Assembly: GCA_013331415.1 (NCBI GenBank)
Contig: DUGL01000188.1
Location: 6,579-70,578, forward strand
Reading direction: 5' to 3'
DNA length: 64,000 bases
Origin: Methanoregulaceae archaeon
GTDB lineage: Archaea; Halobacteriota; Methanomicrobia; Methanomicrobiales; Methanospirillaceae
A program made the translations under genes and the position numbers. The notes below the pieces were generated by a model. The model worked only from the letters and a program-made list of their open reading frames with translations, was not told the origin of the DNA and did not search any database. Shown one piece after another: positions 18,440 to 28,203 of the stretch (position 1 is its first letter; every line of letters begins with the position of its first letter).

Positions 18440-19080
18440 GATCACGTGCAGCAGGAACTGGTACAGCCATGCTCGTTGCACTCATGGTCGCTCTGGCCCT
18501 TCTCGCCGCCCCGGCCCTCGCCGGGAACACCGTCACCATCACCGGTGAAGTCTTGGTTGCAGTCCCCCCTATCGCAGATTTTTCTGCTGACCCAACCTCA
18601 GGTACTGCACCGCTCGCGGTGCAGTTCTCGGACCTTTCCACAGGGGCAATCAACAGCTGGGCATGGGACTTTGACAATGACGGCACGGTGGACAGCACGG
18701 ACCAGAACCCGGTCTTCACCTACAGTTCTGCCGGCACCTACACCGTGAAACTCACGGTCACCGGCCCTGCTGGCAGCGATTCGCTGGTGAAAACCGATTG
18801 CATCACGGTGAATGCCCCGGTCCGCAGGCCTATCGCTCTCTTCACCCAGGATGCCTATGCCGGTACGGCACCCCTCACCGTCAAGTTCACCGACCGGTCC
18901 CTCTTCAACCCGACCCAGTACCTCTGGCGCTTCGGGGACGGTGCCACCTCAACAGAGAAGAGCCCGCAGCATACCTATACCAGCCGGGGGGTCTACCCGG
19001 TCCGGCTGGATGTCTCGAACGCTGCCGGGAGTTCAACTGCATGGAGTGTCGTGGTTGTGTTGCGGTACAGCTGGTGGTGA
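18436..19080 (+). CDS. Small secreted two-PKD protein with an aromatic C-terminal tail
   Basis: ATGA overlap with the giant gene. Signal peptide MLVALMVALALLAAPALAG, two PKD repeats (WAWDFDNDGTVDS; WRFGDGATSTEKSPQHTYTSRGVYPV), ending VVVLRYSWW. Confidence 0.8.
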   Translation: MRSRAAGTGTAMLVALMVALALLAAPALAGNTVTITGEVLVAVPPIADFSADPTSGTAPLAVQFSDLSTGAINSWAWDFDNDGTVDSTDQNPVFTYSSAGTYTVKLTVTGPAGSDSLVKTDCITVNAPVRRPIALFTQDAYAGTAPLTVKFTDRSLFNPTQYLWRFGDGATSTEKSPQHTYTSRGVYPVRLDVSNAAGSSTAWSVVVVLRYSWW

Positions 19081-19084
19081 AGGG

Positions 19085-19112
19085 AGCCGGCCATCCCCGG
19101 CTGTCTCTTTTT
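19085..19112 (+). terminator. Hairpin plus T-run downstream of 18436..19080
   Basis: agccgg / ccggct 6-bp stem followed by ctcttttt. It sits at the end of the operon, just before an AT-rich intergenic region. Confidence 0.4.
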
Positions 19113-19447
19113 CGTTCCTCGCTGACAGGGTATACCCCTGGTTCTCTTTTTCGACATTTTCGAAAAATGTGGATCTCAGGGGAAAACTCCCTGCCGTATC
19201 ATCACTCAGAGGGTGCAGGGAACGGGTATTATGGATAATTTAGAGATTTTTCTTACGATATCTGAATTGTATGTTATTGGCAGATTGAATGGATCGGTCC
19301 CAATTTACGCTCACCGATCGTTGGATCCTTCATGAATCACACCTGTAATGACTCCCTGAACAGGCAGAGTGGAGCCCTCGATTCCCTGATAATTATTAAT
19401 AGTAGTGTATGAAATAATCAGATATCGATTCAACTGGTGGCTATACG

Positions 19448-22400
19448 ATGACTGTTATGACTAGAGCACGAAATCTCCGAGCGAAATCCGCAGCACTCGC
19501 CCTCCTGCTCGTCCTCTGCCTGGTGCCCGGCATCATGGCTGACGGGTATGTGGGCGGCGTACCGCCGGTAACGGTACAGTCCGGGACGGTATCCGGCGGC
19601 CTGTATGTCGATGCGGATCTCCCCTCATGGGGATCGCTTGATGTAACGAAGACCTTCTCTCCCATCCCTGCAGTACAGGATATCCCGTGGGCCCGGCTCT
19701 ACGTTGCGGTATACTGCGGCCACATGCAGAACAACTACAACGGGACCGCCACGGTCTCCTTTGACGGAGATGGAGATGGCACTTTCGAGACGATCCTCGG
19801 AACAGAAGACCTCGAAGTCGCCTACGTGTTCGTGGAAGACGGGGGCACCACGCCGGTCGTGGTCAACGACCACTGCAACCGCGTCACGAGCGACTACCTG
19901 ATGTGGTACGATGTCACCTCCCTGATCACGTCAACGACACCGAAGGCCCGGGTCGAGACCAGCCCGATCCATGGGAGCTTTGACGGCCGGATCAAGATGA
20001 TCACGCTGGTCGTCGCATACAACGATGGCAGTGCAGGCCAGGTTCACTACTGGGTGAACCAGGGGCACGATATAGACTCGTACTATGCCGATGGTGCCGG
20101 TATGCCCTATACCGGCCAGAGCATCTTTGACCTGTCCGGGGTGTCCGGGACTGTTGGATCGGCGGCCCTGACCGTCAACCACCTGGCGAGCACCGACGGT
20201 TCATATGCATGGTCCGGTGATCCTATTCCCGCCGATCCCTCCGGTGCCACAAATCCTCCCGGGAGCAGCTGGCAGGGAGCATTTTTCGGGTACAACATCT
20301 GGGATTTGACCGATCTGATCGAGTTCGGAGATGAGTACGACCTCACCTACGACCGGACCGATCAATTCTACAAGATCCCGCTCGTCACGCTCGCTGTCAG
20401 CGAGGCATCCCCGGTCTCAGACCTGGCCGTCACGTTCGTGAACCCGGACACCGGGAACGTCTTTGCCCTCGAGGAGAACCGCGTGCGTATCAACATCCGG
20501 AACAATGGCCCGGATGCATCGCCGGAGACCGAGGTCCGGCTCACCTCGACCGATGGGCTCGATGTCAGGGGCCCGGTCCACGCCATTGACCCGGGTGCGA
20601 CCATCCCGGTCTTCCTGATCGACCCGACCATCCGCCCGAACGAGGGGGGGGCCGTCACGTACACGGCATTCGTTGACCCGGACAACACCCTCGTCGAACC
20701 GAATGAAGCGAACAACAGTCTGGACAGCACGCCAAAGCCCGTGAAGTTCAACGGGTACAAGGGGAAGCGGTACTGGGAGGGGAAGAGCGATGTCACGACG
20801 AAGCGCACCTTCGATCTCCGAGGAGGCCTCCTGTACTCTGCAGGTGACAGCGTCTACCTGCCCGGCGGGGTTGGCGGAGGCGGCTGGTCGTCTTCAACCG
20901 TGACCTGGACGGGGAGTGACCTTGCGCTCCCTGCCGGGGCAACAGTCCGGGAGGCACGCCTCTATGTCCCGTACACGTGGGATGATGCCGGGCAGATCCC
21001 GGACCACTTTTCGCTCACGTTCAATGGGAGCGGGGTGACTCACGAGTACCACTATACCGACAAGAGCAATTTCGGTGGCTATGCCAACCACGTGTACGGG
21101 CTGCTCACCTACAATGTGACGGGCCAGTTCAGTCCGTCCGGCAACAGCGCCGTGCTCACGAAGGATGATGCGAACACCAACGCAGCACTGTACGGCCTCA
21201 CCCTTGCCGTGGTGTATGAGGATCCCACCGCAACCCGGAAACAGATATTCCTGAACGAAGAGTTCGACCTCCTCGGTGCGGACGCCACCATGTACGCGAC
21301 AACGCCGGAAGAGGCAACGGCGTACATCCCGTTCAGCGGGATGGTCGTCGCACCCGGAGAGGTCTCCGGCGCGGTCCTCACGACCTTCGTCCCGTCCGGG
21401 AACGGCCCCGAGGGCGACCTGCTCTTCAACGGTGACACCAGAGCGACCATGGTCTGGGACTACGGATCCACGGACGGAACCCAGGTTGCGGTGGACAGCC
21501 GGGACGTGACCGCGTACCTGCAGGCATCAGGAAACGAGGCAGGGATACGATCCACACAGGGGGCGACCCCCGCGATGGCCGCAAGCCACGCGTTCTTCGT
21601 TATCGATTACGCCGATACACCCCCGGTCGCCCAGTTCACCGCGAACACCACGTCCGGGACTGCGCCGCTCTCCGTCCAGTTCACCGACCAGTCCACCGGC
21701 ACAGTCACCACGTATGCCTGGGACTTCACCAATGACGGGATTGTGGACAGCACCGCGAAGAACGCATCGTTCACCTACTCCTCGGCAGGGACGTATACGG
21801 TGAACCTGACGGTGACCGGCCCGGGAGGAGCAGACAGCGAGGTAAAGGCGGGCTACATCACCGTGACTGCTGCCCCGGTTGCCCCGGTTGCAGCGTTCAG
21901 TGCAACACCGCTCGTGGGAGTGGCACCGCTATCCGTGACCTTCACCGATGAATCGGCCAACAACCCGACCGGATGGTCGTGGGAGTACAACGCCGGTACC
22001 GGCTGGGTCGGGTTCTCCACTCAGCAGAACCCTGTACAGGTGTTCCACGCGGCCGGACCCTACGACATCCGGCTCACCGTGAACAATGCAGCGGGAAGCG
22101 ACACCGAGACCAGGTTGCACGACATCGCGGTTGCAACCGGGATCGAACCCATCGTAAATTCCGGGAGCGGCACGGTGACCGGTGACCTGTTCGTCGAATC
22201 CCCGCTGGTATGGCCTGCGACGGAAGTAACCCCTGCCTTCACGCTGCCTGCCGCTGCGGTGGGGAACATCGAGTGGGCGAGGCTGTACGTCACCACATAC
22301 TCGGGTTCGGCGCAGAACACCTATGCACTCACCTCGACGGTTACGCTGGACGGGACCATCCTTGGAGTCGAGACCATGGACATTGCGTCCGAGACCAACG

Positions 22401-25363
22401 GCAACTCGTACCCGCTCAATGACCATGTCACCAAGGTGTACTCTGACTATGAAGCACAGTATGATGTGACGGGCCTGATCACCTCTGCAAGCCCGGTCGT
22501 CAACGTGAAGAGCGAGGCGATTGACGGAAAGAATTTCGATGGCCGGATCAAGGCAGTGACGCTGGTGGTCGCCTATGATGACCCCTCGTCTGCCACAGAG
22601 ACCCGGTACTGGGTGAACCACGGGCACCACTGGGCGAACCCCATGGACGGGCAGACCATCTTCGACACGACCGGTCTCCCGGCCGGATGGGTCAGCGCCG
22701 AGAGCGGGATACGTGTCCTCTCGGCCGGCGACGCCGCGTACAGCTTCAACGGCAACCCGAAAGCAGGCCAGGCCGGAAATAACTGGAATTACGATACCCT
22801 GAACACCTGGGATGTCACCGGGGACATTACCCCGGGAGCATCGAGCACGCTCGCCTATGCCCGGAGTGGTGCGTACAAGGCAACGCTCGCCACCCTGAAA
22901 GTGAGCTATGCCGGTGCTCCCGCTGCAGGGTTCAGCGTAAATACGACGAGTGGTGCCGCACCGCTCCCGGTTCGGTTCACGGATGAATCCACAGGGGATA
23001 TCTCGGACTGGTCATGGGTATTTGGTGATGGAGGGACTTCCAGCGAGAAGAATCCTGCCCACACGTACACCACCCCCGGCACGTACACCGTGAACCTGAC
23101 GGTCACCGGTCCGGGCGGGTCGGACAGCGCGGTGGAGACAGACTTCATCACCGTGACCGGAACTGACCTCCCCGACCTCGTGATCACGCAGATTACCCCC
23201 AATGGAAACGAGCTCTTTGCGCATGAGTCCAATACCATCAATGCAACAGTGAGGAACAACGGCACGGCAGCCGCGGGACCGTTCTCTGTCCGGATCGACG
23301 CAGCGGGGTCATTGTACGATGCTGCCCTCTCTGGCCTGGCCGCAGGCGCCCAGCAGGAAGTACAGGTAACTGACACCACGCTGCGGACTGCTGGTGATAG
23401 TGTCACCATCACCGCGACCGCGGACCCTGACCTCGCAGTAGCAGAATCCAACGAGACCAACAATGCCCTCTCCATCACGAAGACCGTGATGAGCAACGGA
23501 TACAAAGGGAAGCGCTGGACCGATGGGAATGACATCGAGACGGTGGCGACCTTCGAAGGACGGGTGGGGATGGCATACTCGACCGGCGATGCCGCTTACC
23601 GGGCTGCGGGATGGACCGGTGCGACCACAAACTGGACCGCTTCAGACCTGCCCATACCCGGGACTGCGACCATCCTCCTTGCCCGCCTCTACCAGGGGTA
23701 CACCTTCGACCAGACCCCCGGCGGCACCCCGGTCTGGACTATGACCTTCAACGGCCAGCAGGTCACCCCCGATGCCCTGTACACGGACCGGAAGGGCTAT
23801 GGCTCGTTCAACTACCCCTCGGGCCTCTATGCCTACACCGTGACCGATCTCTTCTCTATGACCGGGAATGCGGCCTCGGTCACCCCTGGTGCCGGGAACA
23901 ATAACGGCCTGTACGGGAGCTACCTCCTGGTGATCTACGAGGATGAGAACGAACCGGTCCGGAAGATCTGGATCAACGAGGAGTGCGATCTCCTGTACTC
24001 GGGGACCACCCGGTTCGTCTCGGATGAGGAGGCAACCTCCTCTGCACCGTTTGCAGGGGCTGGCGTGGACGGTCTCGATGAAGCCAGGGTCCTCGCCATC
24101 CTCTTCTCTGCAAACGAGGCAGGGAAGAGTGTATTCATCTTCAACGGGCAGGATTACGGCGACCTCTCGCCCGGGTTCCTTGCCGGGCCCCAGGTGACGC
24201 TCTCGGAATTCGATGTCACGGGCAGCGTGGTGAGCGGGGAGAATTCTGCCCTCTTCCGGAGCGTGATGGTGGGTGCCAGCGGTGACAACATGGTTGCCGC
24301 AGGGGCAGTACTCATCACCGAGTACGCCGAGGATGCACCGGTCGCAGCGTTCACCGCAGACCCCACCAGCGGCACTGCCCCGCTCCCAGTCCAGTTCACC
24401 GACGGGTCAACCGGGACGATCACCTCGAGGACCTGGGACTTCGGGGACGGTTTCACCAGTTACGACCAGAACCCGGTCCATACCTATGTGGATCCCGGCA
24501 CGTATTCCGTGAACCTGACGGTCACCGGGCCCGGTGGCTCGGACAGCGAGGTGAAGACCGGCTACATCACAATACCTGTCCAACCTGTTCCACCAGGTGC
24601 CGGATTCACGGCTGATCCCACCGATGGCACTGCCCCGCTTCCAGTCCAGTTCACCGATGAGTCAACCGGGACGATCAGCTCGTGGACCTGGAATTTCGGC
24701 GATGGTTTCACCAGTCACGACCAGAACCCGTCGCATACGTACACCGTACCCGGCACCTACACCGTGAATCTCACGGTCACCGGCCCCGGTGGATCGGACA
24801 GCGAGGTGAAGACCGGCTATATCACCGTGACCGCCCCGCCCGGAGAGATTGTGGCAGACTTCGTTGCCGCACCCCTCTCCGGGTCCCGGCCTCTCCTCGT
24901 CCGCTACACCGACCAGTCCACCGGACTGATCACCGCGTGGGCCTGGGACTTCAACAACGATGGCCGGGTGGACAGCACCCTGCAGAATCCCACTCATGCC
25001 TATTTCCTGCCGGGCAGCTACACCGTCCGGCTCACGGTGAGCGGCCCGGACGGGACAGATGAAGAGGTCAGGAAAGGATATATCACCGTGACCGAACCAG
25101 CGAAACGCCCGTTCGCCCGGTTCACCCAGGACAACCGGTTCGGGGTCGCCCCCCTCACCGTCCAGTTCACGGACCGATCGATGAACAGCCCGGACACCTA
25201 CCTCTGGAGTTTCGGTGACGGGACCACGTCATCGGAGATGAATCCGGAGCACACCTTCGGGCTCCCGGGATTGTACCGCGTCAGCCTCACCGTCTCGAAT
25301 GATGCGGGGAGCGGCAGCACATCCGGGTATGTCGTGGTGCGCAGGCCATGGGGATTCTTCTGA
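19448..25363 (+). CDS. Giant (1971 aa) secreted protein: A, CARDB, B, PKD x2, A, PKD, CARDB, B, PKD x4 with an aromatic C-terminal tail
   Basis: Signal peptide followed by DGYVGGVPPVTVQSG. Collinear with the 13847 protein over roughly the first 1250 aa. It then carries a CARDB-plus-B block collinear with the 10465 protein. The last ~190 aa are homologous to the stand-alone two-PKD proteins and end VVVRRPWGFF. Confidence 0.85.
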   Translation: MTVMTRARNLRAKSAALALLLVLCLVPGIMADGYVGGVPPVTVQSGTVSGGLYVDADLPSWGSLDVTKTFSPIPAVQDIPWARLYVAVYCGHMQNNYNGTATVSFDGDGDGTFETILGTEDLEVAYVFVEDGGTTPVVVNDHCNRVTSDYLMWYDVTSLITSTTPKARVETSPIHGSFDGRIKMITLVVAYNDGSAGQVHYWVNQGHDIDSYYADGAGMPYTGQSIFDLSGVSGTVGSAALTVNHLASTDGSYAWSGDPIPADPSGATNPPGSSWQGAFFGYNIWDLTDLIEFGDEYDLTYDRTDQFYKIPLVTLAVSEASPVSDLAVTFVNPDTGNVFALEENRVRINIRNNGPDASPETEVRLTSTDGLDVRGPVHAIDPGATIPVFLIDPTIRPNEGGAVTYTAFVDPDNTLVEPNEANNSLDSTPKPVKFNGYKGKRYWEGKSDVTTKRTFDLRGGLLYSAGDSVYLPGGVGGGGWSSSTVTWTGSDLALPAGATVREARLYVPYTWDDAGQIPDHFSLTFNGSGVTHEYHYTDKSNFGGYANHVYGLLTYNVTGQFSPSGNSAVLTKDDANTNAALYGLTLAVVYEDPTATRKQIFLNEEFDLLGADATMYATTPEEATAYIPFSGMVVAPGEVSGAVLTTFVPSGNGPEGDLLFNGDTRATMVWDYGSTDGTQVAVDSRDVTAYLQASGNEAGIRSTQGATPAMAASHAFFVIDYADTPPVAQFTANTTSGTAPLSVQFTDQSTGTVTTYAWDFTNDGIVDSTAKNASFTYSSAGTYTVNLTVTGPGGADSEVKAGYITVTAAPVAPVAAFSATPLVGVAPLSVTFTDESANNPTGWSWEYNAGTGWVGFSTQQNPVQVFHAAGPYDIRLTVNNAAGSDTETRLHDIAVATGIEPIVNSGSGTVTGDLFVESPLVWPATEVTPAFTLPAAAVGNIEWARLYVTTYSGSAQNTYALTSTVTLDGTILGVETMDIASETNGNSYPLNDHVTKVYSDYEAQYDVTGLITSASPVVNVKSEAIDGKNFDGRIKAVTLVVAYDDPSSATETRYWVNHGHHWANPMDGQTIFDTTGLPAGWVSAESGIRVLSAGDAAYSFNGNPKAGQAGNNWNYDTLNTWDVTGDITPGASSTLAYARSGAYKATLATLKVSYAGAPAAGFSVNTTSGAAPLPVRFTDESTGDISDWSWVFGDGGTSSEKNPAHTYTTPGTYTVNLTVTGPGGSDSAVETDFITVTGTDLPDLVITQITPNGNELFAHESNTINATVRNNGTAAAGPFSVRIDAAGSLYDAALSGLAAGAQQEVQVTDTTLRTAGDSVTITATADPDLAVAESNETNNALSITKTVMSNGYKGKRWTDGNDIETVATFEGRVGMAYSTGDAAYRAAGWTGATTNWTASDLPIPGTATILLARLYQGYTFDQTPGGTPVWTMTFNGQQVTPDALYTDRKGYGSFNYPSGLYAYTVTDLFSMTGNAASVTPGAGNNNGLYGSYLLVIYEDENEPVRKIWINEECDLLYSGTTRFVSDEEATSSAPFAGAGVDGLDEARVLAILFSANEAGKSVFIFNGQDYGDLSPGFLAGPQVTLSEFDVTGSVVSGENSALFRSVMVGASGDNMVAAGAVLITEYAEDAPVAAFTADPTSGTAPLPVQFTDGSTGTITSRTWDFGDGFTSYDQNPVHTYVDPGTYSVNLTVTGPGGSDSEVKTGYITIPVQPVPPGAGFTADPTDGTAPLPVQFTDESTGTISSWTWNFGDGFTSHDQNPSHTYTVPGTYTVNLTVTGPGGSDSEVKTGYITVTAPPGEIVADFVAAPLSGSRPLLVRYTDQSTGLITAWAWDFNNDGRVDSTLQNPTHAYFLPGSYTVRLTVSGPDGTDEEVRKGYITVTEPAKRPFARFTQDNRFGVAPLTVQFTDRSMNSPDTYLWSFGDGTTSSEMNPEHTFGLPGLYRVSLTVSNDAGSGSTSGYVVVRRPWGFF
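24356..24865 (+). repeat. Tandem near-identical PKD-coding units (2 x 255 bp)
   Basis: ADPTSGTAPLPVQFTDGSTGTITSRTWDFGDGFTSYDQNP.. versus ADPTDGTAPLPVQFTDESTGTISSWTWNFGDGFTSHDQNP... Long identical runs such as ggacagcgaggtgaagaccggcta occur in both units. Confidence 0.8.
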
Positions 25364-25613
25364 AGACCCCTCCCTCTTTTTCCCCCGCATGATTCCTCCA
25401 GTGTCCGGGACCATGATCAACACTACGAAGGTATCGGCAGGATAGAGGTGCGGGAACCTGCGCACCTTCCTTCCGGCGGGATTACCCGGATGGAACAATT
25501 CATCGGGAGCCTGTGCCCGGAACGATGCGTGGCAGAATCAGGTCTCACCGTTCTCCGGGAGCATATCTATATGAGGAGGTACTCCCAGTTACGTAGTATG
25601 AGAGGGTGAAAAG

Positions 25614-26255
25614 ATGTCAAATAATCTTACGATTCAAAAATACGTCATACTCTTCCTGCTCATATCTGCACTGTCCTGCATCTCCCTTGCGGACTCCACC
25701 CTCCACATCACCGGGGTGATTGAACCAGTTCACGGACCCGTTGCCAACTTCACCGGTTTCCCGCTCTCGGGCAGCGCTCCGCTCATCGTCCGCTTCACCG
25801 ACCAGTCCACCGGCCCTGTCACCGCGTGGGCCTGGGACTTTGAGAATGACGGCCGGGTGGACAGCAGGCTCCGGAATCCTCTTACCGTTTACCGGAATCC
25901 CGGGACCTATTCAGTCCGCCTCACGGTCTCGGGGCCTGACGGCAGCGGTGAACGGACCAGGGAGGACTACATCACCGTCACCATCCCGGTAAGACCACCG
26001 GTGGCCCGCTTCTCCCAGGATACCCGCTTCGGGTTTGCCCCCCTCACGGTCCGGTTCACCGACCGGTCAATCGGGAACCCAACGAGCTACCTCTGGACAT
26101 TCGGTGACGGGGCAACCTCGACTGCGGCCAACCCTGTCCACACCTACCTGGATCCCGGGTTCTACCGGGTCAGCCTGCAGGTGAGCAATGACGGCGGGAC
26201 CTCGACTGCCGGCGGGATGGTGGTCGTTCTGCGACCATGGTTCAGGCCATTCTGA
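25614..26255 (+). CDS. Small secreted two-PKD protein with an aromatic C-terminal tail (paralog of 18436..19080)
   Basis: Signal peptide YVILFLLISALSCISLA, two PKD repeats, ending VVVLRPWFRPF. Homologous to the C-terminus of the 19448 protein. Confidence 0.8.
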   Translation: MSNNLTIQKYVILFLLISALSCISLADSTLHITGVIEPVHGPVANFTGFPLSGSAPLIVRFTDQSTGPVTAWAWDFENDGRVDSRLRNPLTVYRNPGTYSVRLTVSGPDGSGERTREDYITVTIPVRPPVARFSQDTRFGFAPLTVRFTDRSIGNPTSYLWTFGDGATSTAANPVHTYLDPGFYRVSLQVSNDGGTSTAGGMVVVLRPWFRPF

Positions 26256-26452
26256 ACCGTCTATTTTTCTGACCTCTCCAGAGCAGGAGGCTGGGGACTG
26301 GATTGCCACGATATACTGGAAGACAGGTGAGGACTTCATGGTTCACAGGACCTCTCCAACGATGACAGCGCTACCGCCAGGTTATTTCATATCGTCCCGG
26401 GCTGGGGAGGGAACCTGCAGGATTCTCCCCGCTGCTTCCGGGAGAAACTAAC

Positions 26453-26468
26453 TTTTGATATATCAAAA
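26453..26468. repeat. Perfect 16-bp palindrome ttttgatatatcaaaa in an AT-rich promoter region
   Basis: Read directly. Lies about 145 nt upstream of the 26613 ATG. Confidence 0.3.
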
Positions 26469-26612
26469 ATTTTATCACAATATTTATTACGAATAAATCT
26501 ATTTGTAATATTATGGTGCAGCCTCCTCTCAGGGTGGGTGTACCAGCAGTACTGCCGATGGTCCGGGATCATCAGCGGAAAGACACCGATTGCGCATGAA
26601 AAGGACAGCAGC

Positions 26613-26966
26613 ATGGAGAACGGGAAAATAGCCAAGGAGATGCATCCCGCCAAAAAGAAGGTTGCAAACGAGAGAAAAACAGTGGAAAAAACCGTGATGC
26701 AACCGCCGGCGGAGGAGGGGAAAGCCACAGGAAAACGAGCCAGCGCTACGGGCAAAAAAGCAGGCATGGAAGCGACTGCAGCGGCAAAACCGGCGAAAAA
26801 GACTGCAGCGAAAGGAGCGGGGAAGGCGGCGGCTGCACCGGCAGGACAGGGTGCTGAAAAACAACCGGCGAAACCAGCAGCATCGGAGAAGAGGGCGAAA
26901 AAAACCGCCGCATCCCCGGCTCAGGAGGAATTGAGGAAACCAGGCAGGAAACCAGCAACCAGATAA
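26613..26966 (+). CDS. Lys/Ala-rich, highly basic low-complexity protein (histone H1/AlgP-like composition)
   Basis: MENGKIAKEMHPAKKKVANERK...AAAKPAKKTAAKGAGKAAAAP...EKRAKKTAASP. An AT-rich promoter-like stretch precedes it. The opposite-strand ORFs are its mirror images. Start codon is uncertain. Confidence 0.4.
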   Translation: MENGKIAKEMHPAKKKVANERKTVEKTVMQPPAEEGKATGKRASATGKKAGMEATAAAKPAKKTAAKGAGKAAAAPAGQGAEKQPAKPAASEKRAKKTAASPAQEELRKPGRKPATR

Positions 26967-27352
26967 CTCTCTTTTTACTACGTCCCCTCACTCATCAACC
27001 AGGAGCCCCTCACACGAGAAACCGCTGCAGGGAACGATATCCCCTCGGTATTCTTTCTGAACGCTGATGAGACTGCTCCTTTTAAAACCCCGGCAGGGCG
27101 TTCATCACTGGGATCCCTGGCGCCGGAACAGTTGGATTCAGCCGGTTACCAAGGGAGGCTGCGGTATCCAATGGCCGGATTCCCTCCCTCTCAGAGCCGT
27201 GCCAATCGCACCGACTGCAAGAGCACATACCTGCAGATCCGGCAGGATGCCATCGCTGTCAGAGCCCGGCCCGGTTGCGGCAGCGGTCAGCGGAATCTGG
27301 CTGGCAGTGCAAGAGCGAATGACACCCCCGCCGGATCCCGCAGTACCTCCCA

Positions 27353-27748
27353 TCAGTACGGTACCTTTGCTATCAGCCAGTCCCCGAGGATGAGCGGTAC
27401 CGTGAAGGTCTCCTTCCAGTCAGCGCCCCCTTCCGCCAGAACGATGACCAGGCACTCTTTCCTGTTCCTCGTGATGGATGTCGGGTCCACCCTGACGGAG
27501 AGGTGGATGCGATCGGGGAGGGTCAGGGGGATGGGAAGGGTGGGCTTCTCCAGGCAGCAGTCCCACCCGCCCTCCTTTTCGAGCGCTGCCCGGCAGGTCC
27601 GGTAGCCGAGCTGCAGGTACCGGTCCCGGGCAATCTTCCTGCCAACCTCGCCCAGTTTTGCATTCAGCTGCTGGTAGCTCGAATCCCGGTCCCACCGGGA
27701 AATACCGAGGGCATCAGCGACCACGTCGAACCACGGGGGATAGCGCAT
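27353..27748 (-). CDS. Hypothetical protein (131 aa)
   Basis: An ordinary-composition ORF with an AT-rich promoter region upstream, divergent from the MNT/HEPN pair. No recognisable motif. Confidence 0.4.
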   Translation of the reverse strand: MRYPPWFDVVADALGISRWDRDSSYQQLNAKLGEVGRKIARDRYLQLGYRTCRAALEKEGGWDCCLEKPTLPIPLTLPDRIHLSVRVDPTSITRNRKECLVIVLAEGGADWKETFTVPLILGDWLIAKVPY

Positions 27749-27912
27749 TTACCTCTGAGAGGTATAGTATTACATAATACAAAATATTTGTGAATATATG
27801 TGATTAATAATTCTGCATCGGGTGCCCAAATCACTTCTGCAGGGTACCTTCAGACCCGGAAGAGAACCATGCTTTTTTTTATCATGGAAAACCATCATCA
27901 TGTATTGGAATC

Positions 27913-28203
27913 ATGCCATCGGCTGCGGAGATACGGGAGATCCTGCGGGGATGCCTGCCGGAGATACGGGAAAAATACGGTGTAACCTCTATTGGTGTAT
28001 TCGGATCCTATGCCCGGGGAGAGGAGTCGCCGGGCAGCGATATCGATCTTATGGTTGAATTCGATCGTCCCATTGGATGGGAACTGGTGGACCTGGCGGA
28101 TTACCTTGAATCCATCCTCCATCATCGGGTCGATCTCGTCATACGGAGATCCCTGCACCCGCTCATCCGCGATGCCATCCTTGCCGAGGTACAGTATGCA
28201 TGA
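27913..28203 (+). CDS. mntA: Minimal nucleotidyltransferase (MNT) antitoxin, second pair
   Basis: GVFGSYARGEESPGSDIDLMVEF nucleotidyltransferase motif; 96 aa. Confidence 0.85.
   Translation: MPSAAEIREILRGCLPEIREKYGVTSIGVFGSYARGEESPGSDIDLMVEFDRPIGWELVDLADYLESILHHRVDLVIRRSLHPLIRDAILAEVQYA

Noticed and set aside
27138-27353. Gly-rich 71-aa minus-strand ORF coupled by TGATG to the 131-aa hypothetical gene.
   Set aside because: The composition (GGTAGSGGGV, Ala/Gly/Pro-rich) and the lack of any motif make it indistinguishable from a chance ORF in GC-rich DNA. It is mentioned only as context.
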